Assembly (NCBI GenBank): GCA_022563405.1
Contig: JADFNK010000001.1
Coordinates: 33,980-97,979, forward strand
DNA from: Gemmatimonadota bacterium
Lineage (GTDB): Bacteria; Gemmatimonadota; Gemmatimonadetes; Longimicrobiales; Gaopeijiaceae
Length of the DNA stretch: 64,000 nucleotides
Direction of reading: 5' to 3'
Positions 24,681-33,684 of this stretch are shown piece after piece. The stretch's first letter is position 1; each line of letters opens with the position of its first letter. The notes beneath the pieces are model-generated. The model made no database searches. It saw nothing but the letters and a program-made list of their open reading frames with translations, and was not told where the DNA came from. A program made the position numbers and the translations under genes.

Positions 24681-25886
24681 ATGAAATTCAGCCCAAACAT
24701 TTCACGGCTAGAACCGTCAGCCACGATCGCGGTCAGTACCCTCGCCAAACGTCTTCGGGCGGAGGGCCGCGACATCATCGATTTGAGTGCCGGCGAGCCG
24801 GACTTCGGCACCCCGGAATGGATTTCTGAGGGTGGGATCGAGGGGATTCGATCCGGCGCGACCCGATATACGCCCGTGTCGGGTATCCCTGAGCTGAGGC
24901 GTGCGATCGCCGGGTATCTCGAATCGGTCGGGGGCAAGCCCGTCGACTGGGAAGGTGTCGTCGTAGGGGCGGGTGCGAAGCAGGCTTTGTTCAACGCCGC
25001 TTTCGCACTTTTCGGCCCGGGTGACGAGGTGCTCATCGGTGCACCCTACTGGACGAGTTATCCGCAGATGGTCGTCTTGGCTCGAGCCGAGCCGATCCCG
25101 GTGGCCGGAGACGCGGACCGGAATTTCCTCCTTACCAAGGCGGATCTCGACGCCGCATGTACGGAGCGGACCCGGGGCCTGATTTTGTGCTCACCGTCCA
25201 ATCCGACGGGTGCGGTATATACCCTTGAGGAGCTACGGGAGATCGCGGAGTGGGCTAAGGAGAAGGACATCGTTCTCATTGCCGACGAGATCTACCGTGA
25301 GATCTATTTTGGGGACGACCGGCCGTGTGCGCCCAGCATCCTCGAATTGCCGGCCGAGTCCGTGGGCCCTTACGTCTTGATCGACGGGGCTTCCAAGTGT
25401 TTTGCGATGACCGGATGGCGAATCGGGTTCTCGTATACAGAGGTGGAGGTCGCGAAGAAGCTCGGGGCCCTTCAGAGCCACGCCACTTCCAACGCCGCGA
25501 CACCCTCGCAGATGGCCGCCTTGAGCGCGTACTCGGATCTCGAGCGCGCGCGGGAGGCCAAGCAGGAGATGGCCGCCACGTTTCGTGGACGGAGGGACAA
25601 GGTCGTCTCTCTACTGCAGGAACTCTTGCCGCAGCTCTCGTTCGTGGAGCCGATGGGTGCGTTCTATTTCTTCATTCGGGTGGACGCATTGTTCCGCGAT
25701 GGTGTGTCCGATTCCACGGCGTTGTGTTCGTGGCTTCTCGAAGAGAGCGGCGTGGCCATGGTCCCTGGTGTCGCGTTCGGTGACGATCGCTTCGTGAGAG
25801 TCAGCTTCGCCACCTCGGACGAGTTGATGGAGAGCGCGCTCCGGCGGTTGGCGGAGGTGGTCGGGAGTCCGGCCTCCACCGTATAG
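24681..25886 (+). CDS. Class I PLP-dependent aminotransferase (aspartate aminotransferase-like)
   Basis: 401 aa. SAGEPDF, SPSNPTG, and SKCFAMTGWRIG with the PLP lysine. Confidence 0.9.
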   Translation: MKFSPNISRLEPSATIAVSTLAKRLRAEGRDIIDLSAGEPDFGTPEWISEGGIEGIRSGATRYTPVSGIPELRRAIAGYLESVGGKPVDWEGVVVGAGAKQALFNAAFALFGPGDEVLIGAPYWTSYPQMVVLARAEPIPVAGDADRNFLLTKADLDAACTERTRGLILCSPSNPTGAVYTLEELREIAEWAKEKDIVLIADEIYREIYFGDDRPCAPSILELPAESVGPYVLIDGASKCFAMTGWRIGFSYTEVEVAKKLGALQSHATSNAATPSQMAALSAYSDLERAREAKQEMAATFRGRRDKVVSLLQELLPQLSFVEPMGAFYFFIRVDALFRDGVSDSTALCSWLLEESGVAMVPGVAFGDDRFVRVSFATSDELMESALRRLAEVVGSPASTV

Positions 25887-25933
25887 GTCGACCCCACCTT
25901 CGGACCGAGGTGTCTACGGCGTCTTGGGGGGGT

Positions 25934-26908
25934 TCACCGGGAGGCCACAGCACGCCGCAAGGCCCCTGCCACGCCGTTGACGTAGCTGCCTCCAAAGAGG
26001 TTTACGTGCACCAGAAGAGGGTAGAGTTGGTACACGCAACGGCGAAGGTCCTCGTACCCGTCCTCGAGGGGACTGTGGTCTTCATAGGCCGCGTAGAAGG
26101 CTCTCGGAAAACCTCCGAAGAGTTCGGTCATAGCCAAGTCGACTTCGCGGTGCCCCCGATAGACGGCCGGGTCCACCAGGACCGGCCCGCCGTCGGGGCC
26201 CGGGTACACGTTTCCACTCCAGAGATCACCATGGAGGATGGAGCACCCGTCCTCTTCCGCGGCCTTGAGCAGGTCGGGGAGCTTCGACTCGAGTGCGGCC
26301 CACTCCCGGTCCAGGCCGGCCAGCCATCCGTTGTCGCTCGCCATCACCCACTGGGGCTCGAGACGTTGGGACCACCAGAACGCGGGCCAGTCATCCATGG
26401 GTGCGTTCGCTTGGGGGAGCGAGCCGATGTAGTTGGAACGGTGCCAGCCGTACCGGCCTTGGCCGGGCTGGTGTAACGCCGCGAGGGCCCGTCCGAGGCG
26501 CTCCGCGTAGTCCCCGCCCGGGCTTCCGTGGGGGACGTACTCCAGAAGCAACCAGGCCGGCCGCGCCCGGGTATCGGAGTGGCCCACGACTTCCGGGAGG
26601 GTCAGGTCGATCGAGTCACCCGTCGAGCCCTTTAGGGCACTCAGGCCGTCGGCCTCGGCGGCAAAGACGTCCGATAAGGGGTCCTGAGCCCACTTGAGAA
26701 AAAAGTCCTCCCGCAGGTTGGTCGATATACGCACGGTCTGGTGGATACAGCCCCCCGTCACGGGCTCCGCTCCAAGGATCTCCACGCTCCGTCCCACACG
26801 GCTGGACAGAGCCGCCTCGACACCCTCCCGGAGGGCGGTGGGGAGTATGCTGGGGGACACGGAAGCCTCTGGGCCGTCAGGTCGAGAGTTCAGAGAGAAG
26901 GTGCTCAA
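25934..26908 (-). CDS. Fructosamine/ketosamine-3-kinase family protein
   Basis: 324 aa. LHGDLWSGN, and the usual family C-terminus FYAAYE...RRCVYQLYPLLVHVNLFG. Confidence 0.88.
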   Translation of the reverse strand: MSTFSLNSRPDGPEASVSPSILPTALREGVEAALSSRVGRSVEILGAEPVTGGCIHQTVRISTNLREDFFLKWAQDPLSDVFAAEADGLSALKGSTGDSIDLTLPEVVGHSDTRARPAWLLLEYVPHGSPGGDYAERLGRALAALHQPGQGRYGWHRSNYIGSLPQANAPMDDWPAFWWSQRLEPQWVMASDNGWLAGLDREWAALESKLPDLLKAAEEDGCSILHGDLWSGNVYPGPDGGPVLVDPAVYRGHREVDLAMTELFGGFPRAFYAAYEDHSPLEDGYEDLRRCVYQLYPLLVHVNLFGGSYVNGVAGALRRAVASR

Positions 26909-27371
26909 CGAACGCGGCGCAGGTCCGATCGACCATCTCGAACATCAGATCGAATCCGTCGGGGCCCCCGTAGTAGGGGTCAGGTACATCGAGGTCCCCA
27001 TCCTGATGGGGGTCGAAGGCCCTGAAGAGGGAGAGCGCGGCGCCTCCATCGCTCTCGGACTCGAGATAACGCAGATCCCGGAGATTGCTTCCGTCCATCG
27101 CGAAGACGTAGTCGAACTCCTGGAAGTCCCCCACCCGAACGAGCCGCGCCCTCCCCCGGAGTGTGATCCCGTGCCGCGTCGCGACGTCGATGGAGCGCGG
27201 GTCGGGCGGCTCTCCTTCGTGCCAGGCGCCCGTGCCGGCCGAGTCGACGCGAACCCGGTCAGAGAGCCCTTCTTGGTCCAGACGGTGGGCCAGGACCCCC
27301 TCTCCGAGAGGAGAACGGCAGATGTTGCCCAGGCATACGAAGAGAACGGACACGTCGTGTTTCGAGGTCAT
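26877..27371 (-). CDS. Low-molecular-weight protein-tyrosine phosphatase
   Basis: 164 aa. VLFVCLGNICRSP is the CX5R(S) P-loop, and the DPYY motif is present. Confidence 0.9.
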   Translation of the reverse strand: MTSKHDVSVLFVCLGNICRSPLGEGVLAHRLDQEGLSDRVRVDSAGTGAWHEGEPPDPRSIDVATRHGITLRGRARLVRVGDFQEFDYVFAMDGSNLRDLRYLESESDGGAALSLFRAFDPHQDGDLDVPDPYYGGPDGFDLMFEMVDRTCAAFVEHLLSELST

Positions 27372-27516
27372 GGTCGGGTATTTTCGAGGAGCGGCTGCCG
27401 CCGAAGGTTCTTAATCTTGGGGCGAACTTCTAACTTATAGGCCAATCGAAAGCCGGTCGCACGCGACGTCACTTCGGCGCCTGATCAGATCGGCATATCC
27501 GTGTGAGAGCAACTGA

Positions 27517-28800
27517 GTGGAAGACGAGAAAAAGGAAGAGTCCCAGGAACCTCCAACCTTCGAGGATTTGGGTGTATCCGGTGAGCTACGCGCCGCCGTG
27601 GAAGCGCTCGGGTGGGAGCGGCCGACTCCGATCCAGGTCAAGAGCATCCCGACCGGCCTCGCCGGGAGTGATCTGGTGGGCATCGCCCAGACGGGAACCG
27701 GCAAAACCGGTGCCTTCATGCTTGCCGCTCTGGAGAGAATCGAGGCGGGCAAAGGCCTGCAGGTTCTGGTTCTGTGCCCCACGCGGGAACTGGCGCAGCA
27801 GGTTTGTGACGACACCGAAGAGCTCGCCAAAGGGACTCGGATTCGGGCGGCCTCGATCTACGGGGGGGTGGCGTATGACCCTCAGCTAAAGGCGCTCAAG
27901 GACGGTTTTGAGGTCATCACTGCGACCCCGGGGCGGTTCCTCGATCACCTCGGGCGGGGCAGGGTCGATCTGAAGAACGTGCGCACGTTCGTGCTCGATG
28001 AGGCGGACCGCATGCTCGATATGGGCTTCCGCCCGCAGATCGAGGGGGTCCTGCGAGAACTGCCCAGGGAGCGCCAAACGATGCTTTTCTCGGCCACGAT
28101 GCCCCATGGTGTGCATGATCTCGCTTCGCGCATCACCAAGGATGCGGTGTGGGTCGAGGCCGCTCCCTCGGGAACCAAGGCCGAGGGGATCACCGAACTC
28201 GTGTACTCGGTCAAGCCCGAAATGAAGCCGGATCTGCTTCTCCACCTGCTGGAGTCTCCCGAGTGGAAGCAGGTGCTCATCTTCACTCGCACCAAGGCCG
28301 GGGCGGATGCGCTGAAGGCCCGGCTGGACCGAGAGGGCATCCGAACGGAGGCCCTGCACTCGAACTTGCGCATGGCGCACAGGACGAGGGCGTTGGAGCG
28401 TTTCGCGCAGAAGAAGGTTCGAGTTCTGGTAGCCACCGACATCGCCCAACGGGGCCTGGATGTCGAGGGGATCTCGCACGTCGTCAACTACGATGTACCG
28501 AAGGACCCCGAGGACTATACCCACCGCATCGGCCGGACCGCCAGGGCCGGTGCGGTCGGGACCGCCGTCACGTTTTTGGCCGCGGCCGACCTCGGAACGT
28601 TCAAGTCGCTGACGTACCATATCGGGAGAGATTTGGAGCGTATCCACCTTCCCGATTTCGACTACGCCGGCACGCCCCAGGCGGTGTCCGGTGCTTCTCC
28701 AACGCGGGGGCGCCACTCGCGTTCGCCGACGGGCATGGGCTCTCGCAACGCCGACGATCTGACCGACGAAGAGTTGGCCGACCTGCTCAAAGGCAGTTGA
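27517..28800 (+). CDS. rhlE: DEAD-box ATP-dependent RNA helicase (RhlE-like), motifs intact
   Basis: 427 aa. AQTGTGKT, PTRELA, DEAD, SAT, HRIGRTARAG. Confidence 0.93.
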   Translation: MEDEKKEESQEPPTFEDLGVSGELRAAVEALGWERPTPIQVKSIPTGLAGSDLVGIAQTGTGKTGAFMLAALERIEAGKGLQVLVLCPTRELAQQVCDDTEELAKGTRIRAASIYGGVAYDPQLKALKDGFEVITATPGRFLDHLGRGRVDLKNVRTFVLDEADRMLDMGFRPQIEGVLRELPRERQTMLFSATMPHGVHDLASRITKDAVWVEAAPSGTKAEGITELVYSVKPEMKPDLLLHLLESPEWKQVLIFTRTKAGADALKARLDREGIRTEALHSNLRMAHRTRALERFAQKKVRVLVATDIAQRGLDVEGISHVVNYDVPKDPEDYTHRIGRTARAGAVGTAVTFLAAADLGTFKSLTYHIGRDLERIHLPDFDYAGTPQAVSGASPTRGRHSRSPTGMGSRNADDLTDEELADLLKGS

Positions 28801-28801
28801 A

Positions 28802-29209
28802 ATGATCCTCCGTCGATATGGCACGACCATGCAAAGCGTCGAAGCGAACTTCGACTCCAAAGCCTTCACCGAGATCGGGTTTCGTCGAGATCACGTCTAT
28901 TCCAGTTCAGCGGACGAATTTTCAGACCGCCACGAACGGATCGCGGAGCACCTTCTCGAGGCCGAGTCCGAAGGGGATGTGCAAGACGAGGCCGAGTCGG
29001 TGATGCTCCAGCGGTTGCTCGATCAGCTTCTGAAGATCGATGGCGATTTGGCCGAGGGCGAGTTCGTTGTTATTGAGAGCGAGCCGGCCAAGGATTACCC
29101 GAAGACGCGCACCCAGCAGAAAAATGTGGTCGTAGACGGAGAGAATCGCCTTTATTTCTACTCCAGCGTGTCTCCGCCGCTGAAAGTGGCCGTGTTCAGG
29201 GCCCGTTAG
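28802..29209 (+). CDS. Hypothetical acidic protein coupled to rhlE
   Basis: 135 aa. Its ATG is 1 nt after the rhlE stop. No recognisable family. Confidence 0.55.
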   Translation: MILRRYGTTMQSVEANFDSKAFTEIGFRRDHVYSSSADEFSDRHERIAEHLLEAESEGDVQDEAESVMLQRLLDQLLKIDGDLAEGEFVVIESEPAKDYPKTRTQQKNVVVDGENRLYFYSSVSPPLKVAVFRAR

Positions 29210-29234
29210 ACTCCAACCAACCGTTTTGATCTTG

Positions 29235-29301
29235 TCGGCGTCTAATCCGTTGCATCCGTTCGGCGTCCAAATCCTTTGAATCTAATCGGCGTCCAATCCG
29301 T
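29235..29301 (+). repeat. Three 16-nt direct repeats TCGGCGTC[TC]AA[A]TCC[GT]T at 25-26 nt spacing
   Basis: Copies at 29235-29250, 29260-29275 and 29286-29301, in non-coding DNA downstream of the 28802..29209 stop. Confidence 0.6.
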
Positions 29302-29440
29302 AGAGATGGATGGGTGGAAGGGGACATGGGTGGTTTGGTAGGTGGCTTCAAGGGCGTCGGGGTCGTTTCGGGACGCACCGCGGACGTGCGGTGATGAGGT
29401 GGGGTGGTGACGTGGCGTGGCCTCCGAGGCACTGGCGCCC

Positions 29441-29478
29441 GGGCTCGGTCGGCTTAGGTCGACCGAGCCCCTTTTTTT
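29441..29478 (+). terminator. Strong rho-independent terminator, about 230 nt downstream of the nearest plus-strand stop
   Basis: 11-bp GC-rich stem GGGCTCGGTCG / CGACCGAGCCC, loop GCTTAGGT, then C-TTTTTTT. Confidence 0.75.
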
Positions 29479-29513
29479 GGGGCAGGGGTGGTCCCCCCCT
29501 TCAAACGGGAGCG

Positions 29514-30215
29514 TCAGCGTCCGGGTACCGGGATCACGAAGATCCCGTCAGCGAGATCGGAGCCGATGACCTCTGCGTTCACTCGGGTCTCGACGGAGAC
29601 GGTCGTGGGCCCGTCGAAGGGGGCTCTTTCCCGAACCGTGATGCGAGCCCCCGGCACGAGGCCCAACGTCTCGAGATAACGAAGGCGGGCGGGATCTTCA
29701 TCCGGCACGGAACGGATCTGCACGGCCAGGCCAAGTGCGACCTCGTTGAGCGTCACGCACTCAGGGCGCTCGATCTCGCCGGATGGAGTGGGGATCGGTG
29801 CACCGTGAGGGTCGTGACTCGGGTGTTCGAGAATCGCGGCCATGCGATCGATCAACGTGTCGGATGCCGCGTGCTCCAATCGTTCGGCTTCTTGATGGAC
29901 GTCGTCCCACGAGTAACCAAGGTGTGTGTACAGGTATGTCTCAAGGATCCGGTGTCTGCGGATGATCCGCAGGGCCTCGCGTGATCCCGCTTCGGTGAGC
30001 CTGGTCCCGTGATACCGGGTGTGTTCCAGGTACCCGCACTCGGCGAGACGTTTGACCATTCCGGTGACGGACGCCGGTTGTACGTCGAGGGCCTCAGCCA
30101 ACGCGCTCGTCGAGGCGGACTCCTCTCTTTCGGTGAGAGAGTAGACGGCCTTCAGGTAATCTTCAACGGAGCGAGTAAGGCGAGGTCCAGTGGTGTTGCT
30201 CATATGTGTAAACAT
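29514..30215 (-). CDS. DtxR/MntR-family metal-dependent transcriptional regulator with C-terminal FeoA/SH3-like domain
   Basis: ORF 29514..30314. The true start is probably ATG 30215 or 30203 (MSNTTGPRLTRSVEDYLKAVYSL...). Winged HTH followed by a metal-site region (HxxE..H). Confidence 0.88.
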   Translation of the reverse strand: MFTHMSNTTGPRLTRSVEDYLKAVYSLTEREESASTSALAEALDVQPASVTGMVKRLAECGYLEHTRYHGTRLTEAGSREALRIIRRHRILETYLYTHLGYSWDDVHQEAERLEHAASDTLIDRMAAILEHPSHDPHGAPIPTPSGEIERPECVTLNEVALGLAVQIRSVPDEDPARLRYLETLGLVPGARITVRERAPFDGPTTVSVETRVNAEVIGSDLADGIFVIPVPGR

Positions 30216-30253
30216 GGGCCTGGCCACGCGGCGTGGGAAGTCCAAATGCTTGG

Positions 30254-30269
30254 CCTCGAACGTTCGAGG
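30254..30269. promoter_or_regulatory. Perfect 16-bp palindrome CCTCGAACGTTCGAGG in the dtxR-like/apaG divergent region
   Basis: Lies 45 nt upstream of the apaG ATG and about 40-50 nt upstream of the regulator's start. Confidence 0.45.
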
Positions 30270-30313
30270 TTCGGCGATTCGCGTGGCACCTCGGGACCAG
30301 GTAAGATGGCTCA

Positions 30314-30727
30314 ATGGACTACGAAGAAACGACCGAGGGGATTCGCGTGGTGGTTCGCCCGAGTTTCTCTCTCCCCTACTCCGAGCCGGCGGACGGAAAG
30401 TTCGTCTTTACCTACCTGGTCCAGATGGAGAACCACAGTGGGGAGGTGGCGCAGCTTCTCTTTCGTCACTGGCTCATTCACGACAGCGCAGGAGAGGACT
30501 TGGAGATAGACGGCGAGGGGGTTCTGGGGGAACAACCCACCTTGGCTCCAGGGAAGTCGCATGTATACCAGAGTTTTTGCGTCTTGCGTTCTCCGTCAGG
30601 CTTCATGGAGGGGTACTATACGTTCGTCCGCCCCAACGGAGAGGAATTTCGGGTCTCCGTCCCAAGGTTCGACCTCCGGGCTCCCTGGACTGTCGGGAAA
30701 GGTCTTGAAGCGGAGCCGATGAACTGA
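30314..30727 (+). CDS. apaG: ApaG (DUF525) protein
   Basis: 137 aa. GIRVVVRPSF...FVFTYLVQMENHSGEVAQLLFRHWLIHDSAGE...GEQPTLAPGKSHVYQS is the typical ApaG pattern. Confidence 0.88.
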   Translation: MDYEETTEGIRVVVRPSFSLPYSEPADGKFVFTYLVQMENHSGEVAQLLFRHWLIHDSAGEDLEIDGEGVLGEQPTLAPGKSHVYQSFCVLRSPSGFMEGYYTFVRPNGEEFRVSVPRFDLRAPWTVGKGLEAEPMN

Positions 30728-30826
30728 GGTCTCAACAGCCTTCTAGTGCCTCACTTGGACCGACCATGCGATCGCAAAGCGTTGGAATAACTGCCGACAA
30801 CAGCTAATTTTAACAGCTTACAAGCA

Positions 30827-31045
30827 TTGTTGCGGTATTCGTTGCGCGGGGAGGTGCAGTTGTCCGATTCAGTCGTCGTAGACGCCAAACGTATCCTTTT
30901 ACGTTATGGCGCCCCGATCAATGTCCTGGATGGGGTCTCGGACGAGGTCCGGATTACCCTGGCTCGTGACATCGCCAAGACCAACTTGCCGGACCGCGAG
31001 GCCCGGCTCAGAGAACTTCTTGCTGAGCTCGGGTCCGGTTCCTAA
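30827..31045 (+). CDS. Small hypothetical protein
   Basis: 72 aa ORF with a non-ATG start (possibly the internal GTG at VQLSD). Helical-looking sequence, preceded by a lower-GC spacer. Confidence 0.4.
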   Translation: MLRYSLRGEVQLSDSVVVDAKRILLRYGAPINVLDGVSDEVRITLARDIAKTNLPDREARLRELLAELGSGS

Positions 31046-31060
31046 GGCGGACGCGATCTC

Positions 31061-32812
31061 TTAGAAACCGTCGCCCGTTGCGCCTGTGGGCCCCACCGCC
31101 GTGGACCTCACCTCTAGAGTGCGTAGACGATTCAGGGCGGCTGCCAGTTCCATCGGACGGAAGTGAGCCAGATCGCCGACCATCCGGTCGTCGAGTTCGT
31201 CTAGGCCGTCGTCCTCGATGGTCTGCATGACGAGGTCCAGAATCTCGCTCACGGAACGTCGCCCGTCCATGAACCTGGTACGGGCCAGGAGCAACCCGCG
31301 GCCCACGGCGAGTGTCTGCGCGCGAGAAACGAGCTGAGCGACCGCGGAAAGGGCGATCGTCTCGGTTCCGAAGACCAATGATTGCCCCTGGAAGACCTTG
31401 ATCTCCGCCTCTCTCTTTTTGGTGCGGGGATCGACCGAGGTGGGGTTCGGAAGTCGCGCCCGGAAGACCTCGATCGGTCCGGGCGCTTCATCCTTCCGGC
31501 CGGTGGGAAGCTCCGACGCGACGCGTCGGGCTTCAGCGGTCACGTCGGCCGGGCGGAACTCCTTCATGGCGACAACCGTGTCGGCGACATCCAGATAGTC
31601 GCCGCTCCCGCCCAGAACGATGACACAGCTGACGCCGCGTGTCTCCCACAGGGATCTGACCCGGTCGACCAAGGGTGTGATGGGCTCTCCCTCCTTTGGA
31701 ATCAGCGCCTGCATTCGCCGGTCGCGGATCATGAAGTTGGTGGCCGCCGTGTCTTCGTCGATCAACAGGGTGGTTGCCCCGGCTTCGAGCGCCTCGACGA
31801 TACCGGCCGCCTGGCTCGTGGAACCCGAAGCATTGGGGGTCGAGAATGCGCGTGTGTCCTGTCCTTGAGGCAGCGTACCGATGAAAGCGGAGATGTCGAC
31901 CCCGGCCACTGAACGGCCGTCCTCCGCTCTGATTGTCACTGCCGAGGGATCGGTCACGACCGACTCCCGTCCGTCTCCGTAGCAGTGATTGTATACGCCG
32001 CGTTCGATAGCCCGAAGCAGGGTACTTTTCCCGTGGTAACCACCTCCCACGATCAACGTGACCCCACGTGGTATCGCCATCCCACGGACCGTTCCGGCGT
32101 TCGGGAGCTCGACTTCTGCCGTCAGTCCGGCCGGTGTGGAGAAGGGGATCGCCGTGTCCCCGAGAAGCGGTCGGTCATCCACTCCACTTTTTCGCGCCAG
32201 TTGCGCGCCATCCGCGACGAAGGCGACCCAGTTGCGGGCAACCAACTCCGCCCGCAACGCGTCGGCGTCTTCGTTGGTCGTTGCGTGCCGCCGAATGTCC
32301 TGATGGCCGACGGATCCGGCCCGAAGGCTCTGATTCAAGACGGTGGGAACGTCCGTCGTAAGGAGTGCGACGGCGGCTTGCCCGTGGGCGCGCCTCCCGT
32401 GCGCCGGTAACCCGATCCGGAATCGAGCCTCCACTGTGCCGTGTTCTCCAACCATGACGGCGGTCTGCGCCAACACCTGCTGGCCCGGACTCTCGATTTC
32501 GATGAGGCCGCTCTTGCCGCTCCCCCGCCGGACCGTGGTTGCCCGCGCCGCTTCATGGAAACGTTTGGCGAGCAGACAAGCCACACCCAACCTCCTCGAC
32601 CTGGAGGTGAGCACATCGTCCTCGAGCGCGGCCGTCTCGGGGGGAAGGATCACGCGCACTCGGCTCGGCGCAGCGAAGGGGTCACCCTGCACGTGGTCCA
32701 CATGCAGGGTGAAGTCAGGGAAGACCCAGGTGCCTCTCAGCCCCTTGTAGGCCTTGTACCCTTGTCCGTCGATCCCGTTGAGGAAATCGACCAGGGAGTG
32801 CACGGTGTTCAT
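31061..32812 (-). CDS. ABC-ATPase domain protein (predicted ABC-class ATPase, COG3044-like)
   Basis: 583 aa. N-terminus LNGIDGQGYKAYKGLRGTWVFPDFTLHVDHVQGDPFAAPSRVRV, Walker A GGGYHGKST, LLIDEDTAATNF. Confidence 0.82.
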   Translation of the reverse strand: MNTVHSLVDFLNGIDGQGYKAYKGLRGTWVFPDFTLHVDHVQGDPFAAPSRVRVILPPETAALEDDVLTSRSRRLGVACLLAKRFHEAARATTVRRGSGKSGLIEIESPGQQVLAQTAVMVGEHGTVEARFRIGLPAHGRRAHGQAAVALLTTDVPTVLNQSLRAGSVGHQDIRRHATTNEDADALRAELVARNWVAFVADGAQLARKSGVDDRPLLGDTAIPFSTPAGLTAEVELPNAGTVRGMAIPRGVTLIVGGGYHGKSTLLRAIERGVYNHCYGDGRESVVTDPSAVTIRAEDGRSVAGVDISAFIGTLPQGQDTRAFSTPNASGSTSQAAGIVEALEAGATTLLIDEDTAATNFMIRDRRMQALIPKEGEPITPLVDRVRSLWETRGVSCVIVLGGSGDYLDVADTVVAMKEFRPADVTAEARRVASELPTGRKDEAPGPIEVFRARLPNPTSVDPRTKKREAEIKVFQGQSLVFGTETIALSAVAQLVSRAQTLAVGRGLLLARTRFMDGRRSVSEILDLVMQTIEDDGLDELDDRMVGDLAHFRPMELAAALNRLRTLEVRSTAVGPTGATGDGF

Positions 32813-32851
32813 CGAAGCCCATCCGACCCCTCGGGCCCGTGCCGGTTCCCA

Positions 32852-32882
32852 CGAAGGCTGTTGGAGGAGTACGGCGGGTCGC
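32852..32882 (+). repeat. Conserved intergenic element, copy C
   Basis: CGAAGGCTGTTGGAGGAGTACGGCGGGTCGC is 28/31 identical to the matching part of copy B. Sits between the zinc-ribbon gene stop and the ABC-ATPase start. Confidence 0.55.
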
Positions 32883-33493
32883 TAGTCCCCCCGCTCCTTC
32901 CAATGAAAACCAGGGGGCCTCTTGGACACCAACCACGACAGGTACCACGGGCGTGGTGTGCGACCCCGCCGGTTTGACCGAGGCCTCGGCCCGCGGCTCA
33001 TCCCCGGTCCCCAGGGGAAGTGGGGGGGCTTCAGTTCCCACGGAGGAGGCAAGTAAGAGCCGGGTGAGTCGGGTCCGGTCGGTTCGGTCGGCTCTTCTTC
33101 GGCCTGCCATTTGAACCCGGACATAGGGTCGGGTCGGGGTTCGCTCTTCGCTTGCGGACGGTCCGACCGCCAGTAGAAAATCGGGACATTCTCGTAGTCC
33201 GGATCTCCCCAGCGAAATCCAGAATCGTGATCGACAGGCGGATCCAACGGACCCAAGTCCGGCCCGCGAAGTCTCGGACCCTCCCAGGCGCAACGGGAGC
33301 ACCACCGCCACTGAACCCATGGTGATAGAATTCTCAGAAGTCGCCGGAGGACAACGGGGTTGGTCACGCCCCCGCAGTGCGGGCACAGTCGTCCTCGAGG
33401 GAGCGCCAGATAGGCCACAGAGGCGGTAACCAGGAGCAAAATCGAGAGAATTCCTACGAGTGAAATCAGAACAAGCACAAATTCGCCTCTCAA
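32882..33493 (-). CDS. Hypothetical membrane-anchored zinc-ribbon protein with GF[RKH]W repeats
   Basis: 203 aa. N-terminal TM helix, CPHCGG...CSRCAWEG, then a Pro-rich tail with SGFRWGD, SGFKWQAE and PGFHWKER. The overlapping 303-aa ORF (32715..33626) looks like a GC artefact. Confidence 0.5.
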   Translation of the reverse strand: MRGEFVLVLISLVGILSILLLVTASVAYLALPRGRLCPHCGGVTNPVVLRRLLRILSPWVQWRWCSRCAWEGPRLRGPDLGPLDPPVDHDSGFRWGDPDYENVPIFYWRSDRPQAKSEPRPDPMSGFKWQAEEEPTEPTGPDSPGSYLPPPWELKPPHFPWGPGMSRGPRPRSNRRGRTPRPWYLSWLVSKRPPGFHWKERGD

Positions 33494-33684
33494 AAAACCG
33501 GCCGGAGATCCTCCTCAAGAATACCTGGCATGCGCGGGTGAGTCCAGCAAATCTTCCGTGCCCGTTCGGGTGCGCTTGCGTTACCTTTCTCCACACCTGG
33601 GGGCTCCTCCCCGGGGTGCCTCCCACCGGGGCTCCGGTGGGGTTTGTTCTGGGCTCGATCGCCGAGCCGTCTCCTATCTAGAGC

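Noticed and set aside
29308-29355. G-tract cluster as a possible G-quadruplex
   Set aside because: Only three closely spaced GGG tracts. The fourth needs a loop of about 20 nt. It is not a canonical G4, so it is treated only as part of the sRNA-candidate region.
29310-29984. 224-aa Gly/Arg/Trp-rich ORF
   Set aside because: It runs through a strong terminator and then antisense to the DtxR-like gene. The composition reflects the G-rich strand, not coding.
32715-33626. 303-aa minus-strand ORF overlapping both the ABC-ATPase start and the zinc-ribbon gene
   Set aside because: The sequence is junk-like and overlaps a confident gene. The alternative 203-aa frame has a TM helix and CxxC pairs.
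33622-33650. Hairpin CCCACCGG-ggct-CCGGTGGG + GTTTGTTCT in the typA leader as an attenuator
   Set aside because: The U-tract is poor and I see no competing antiterminator. Noted as a possible leader structure only, not reported as a feature.
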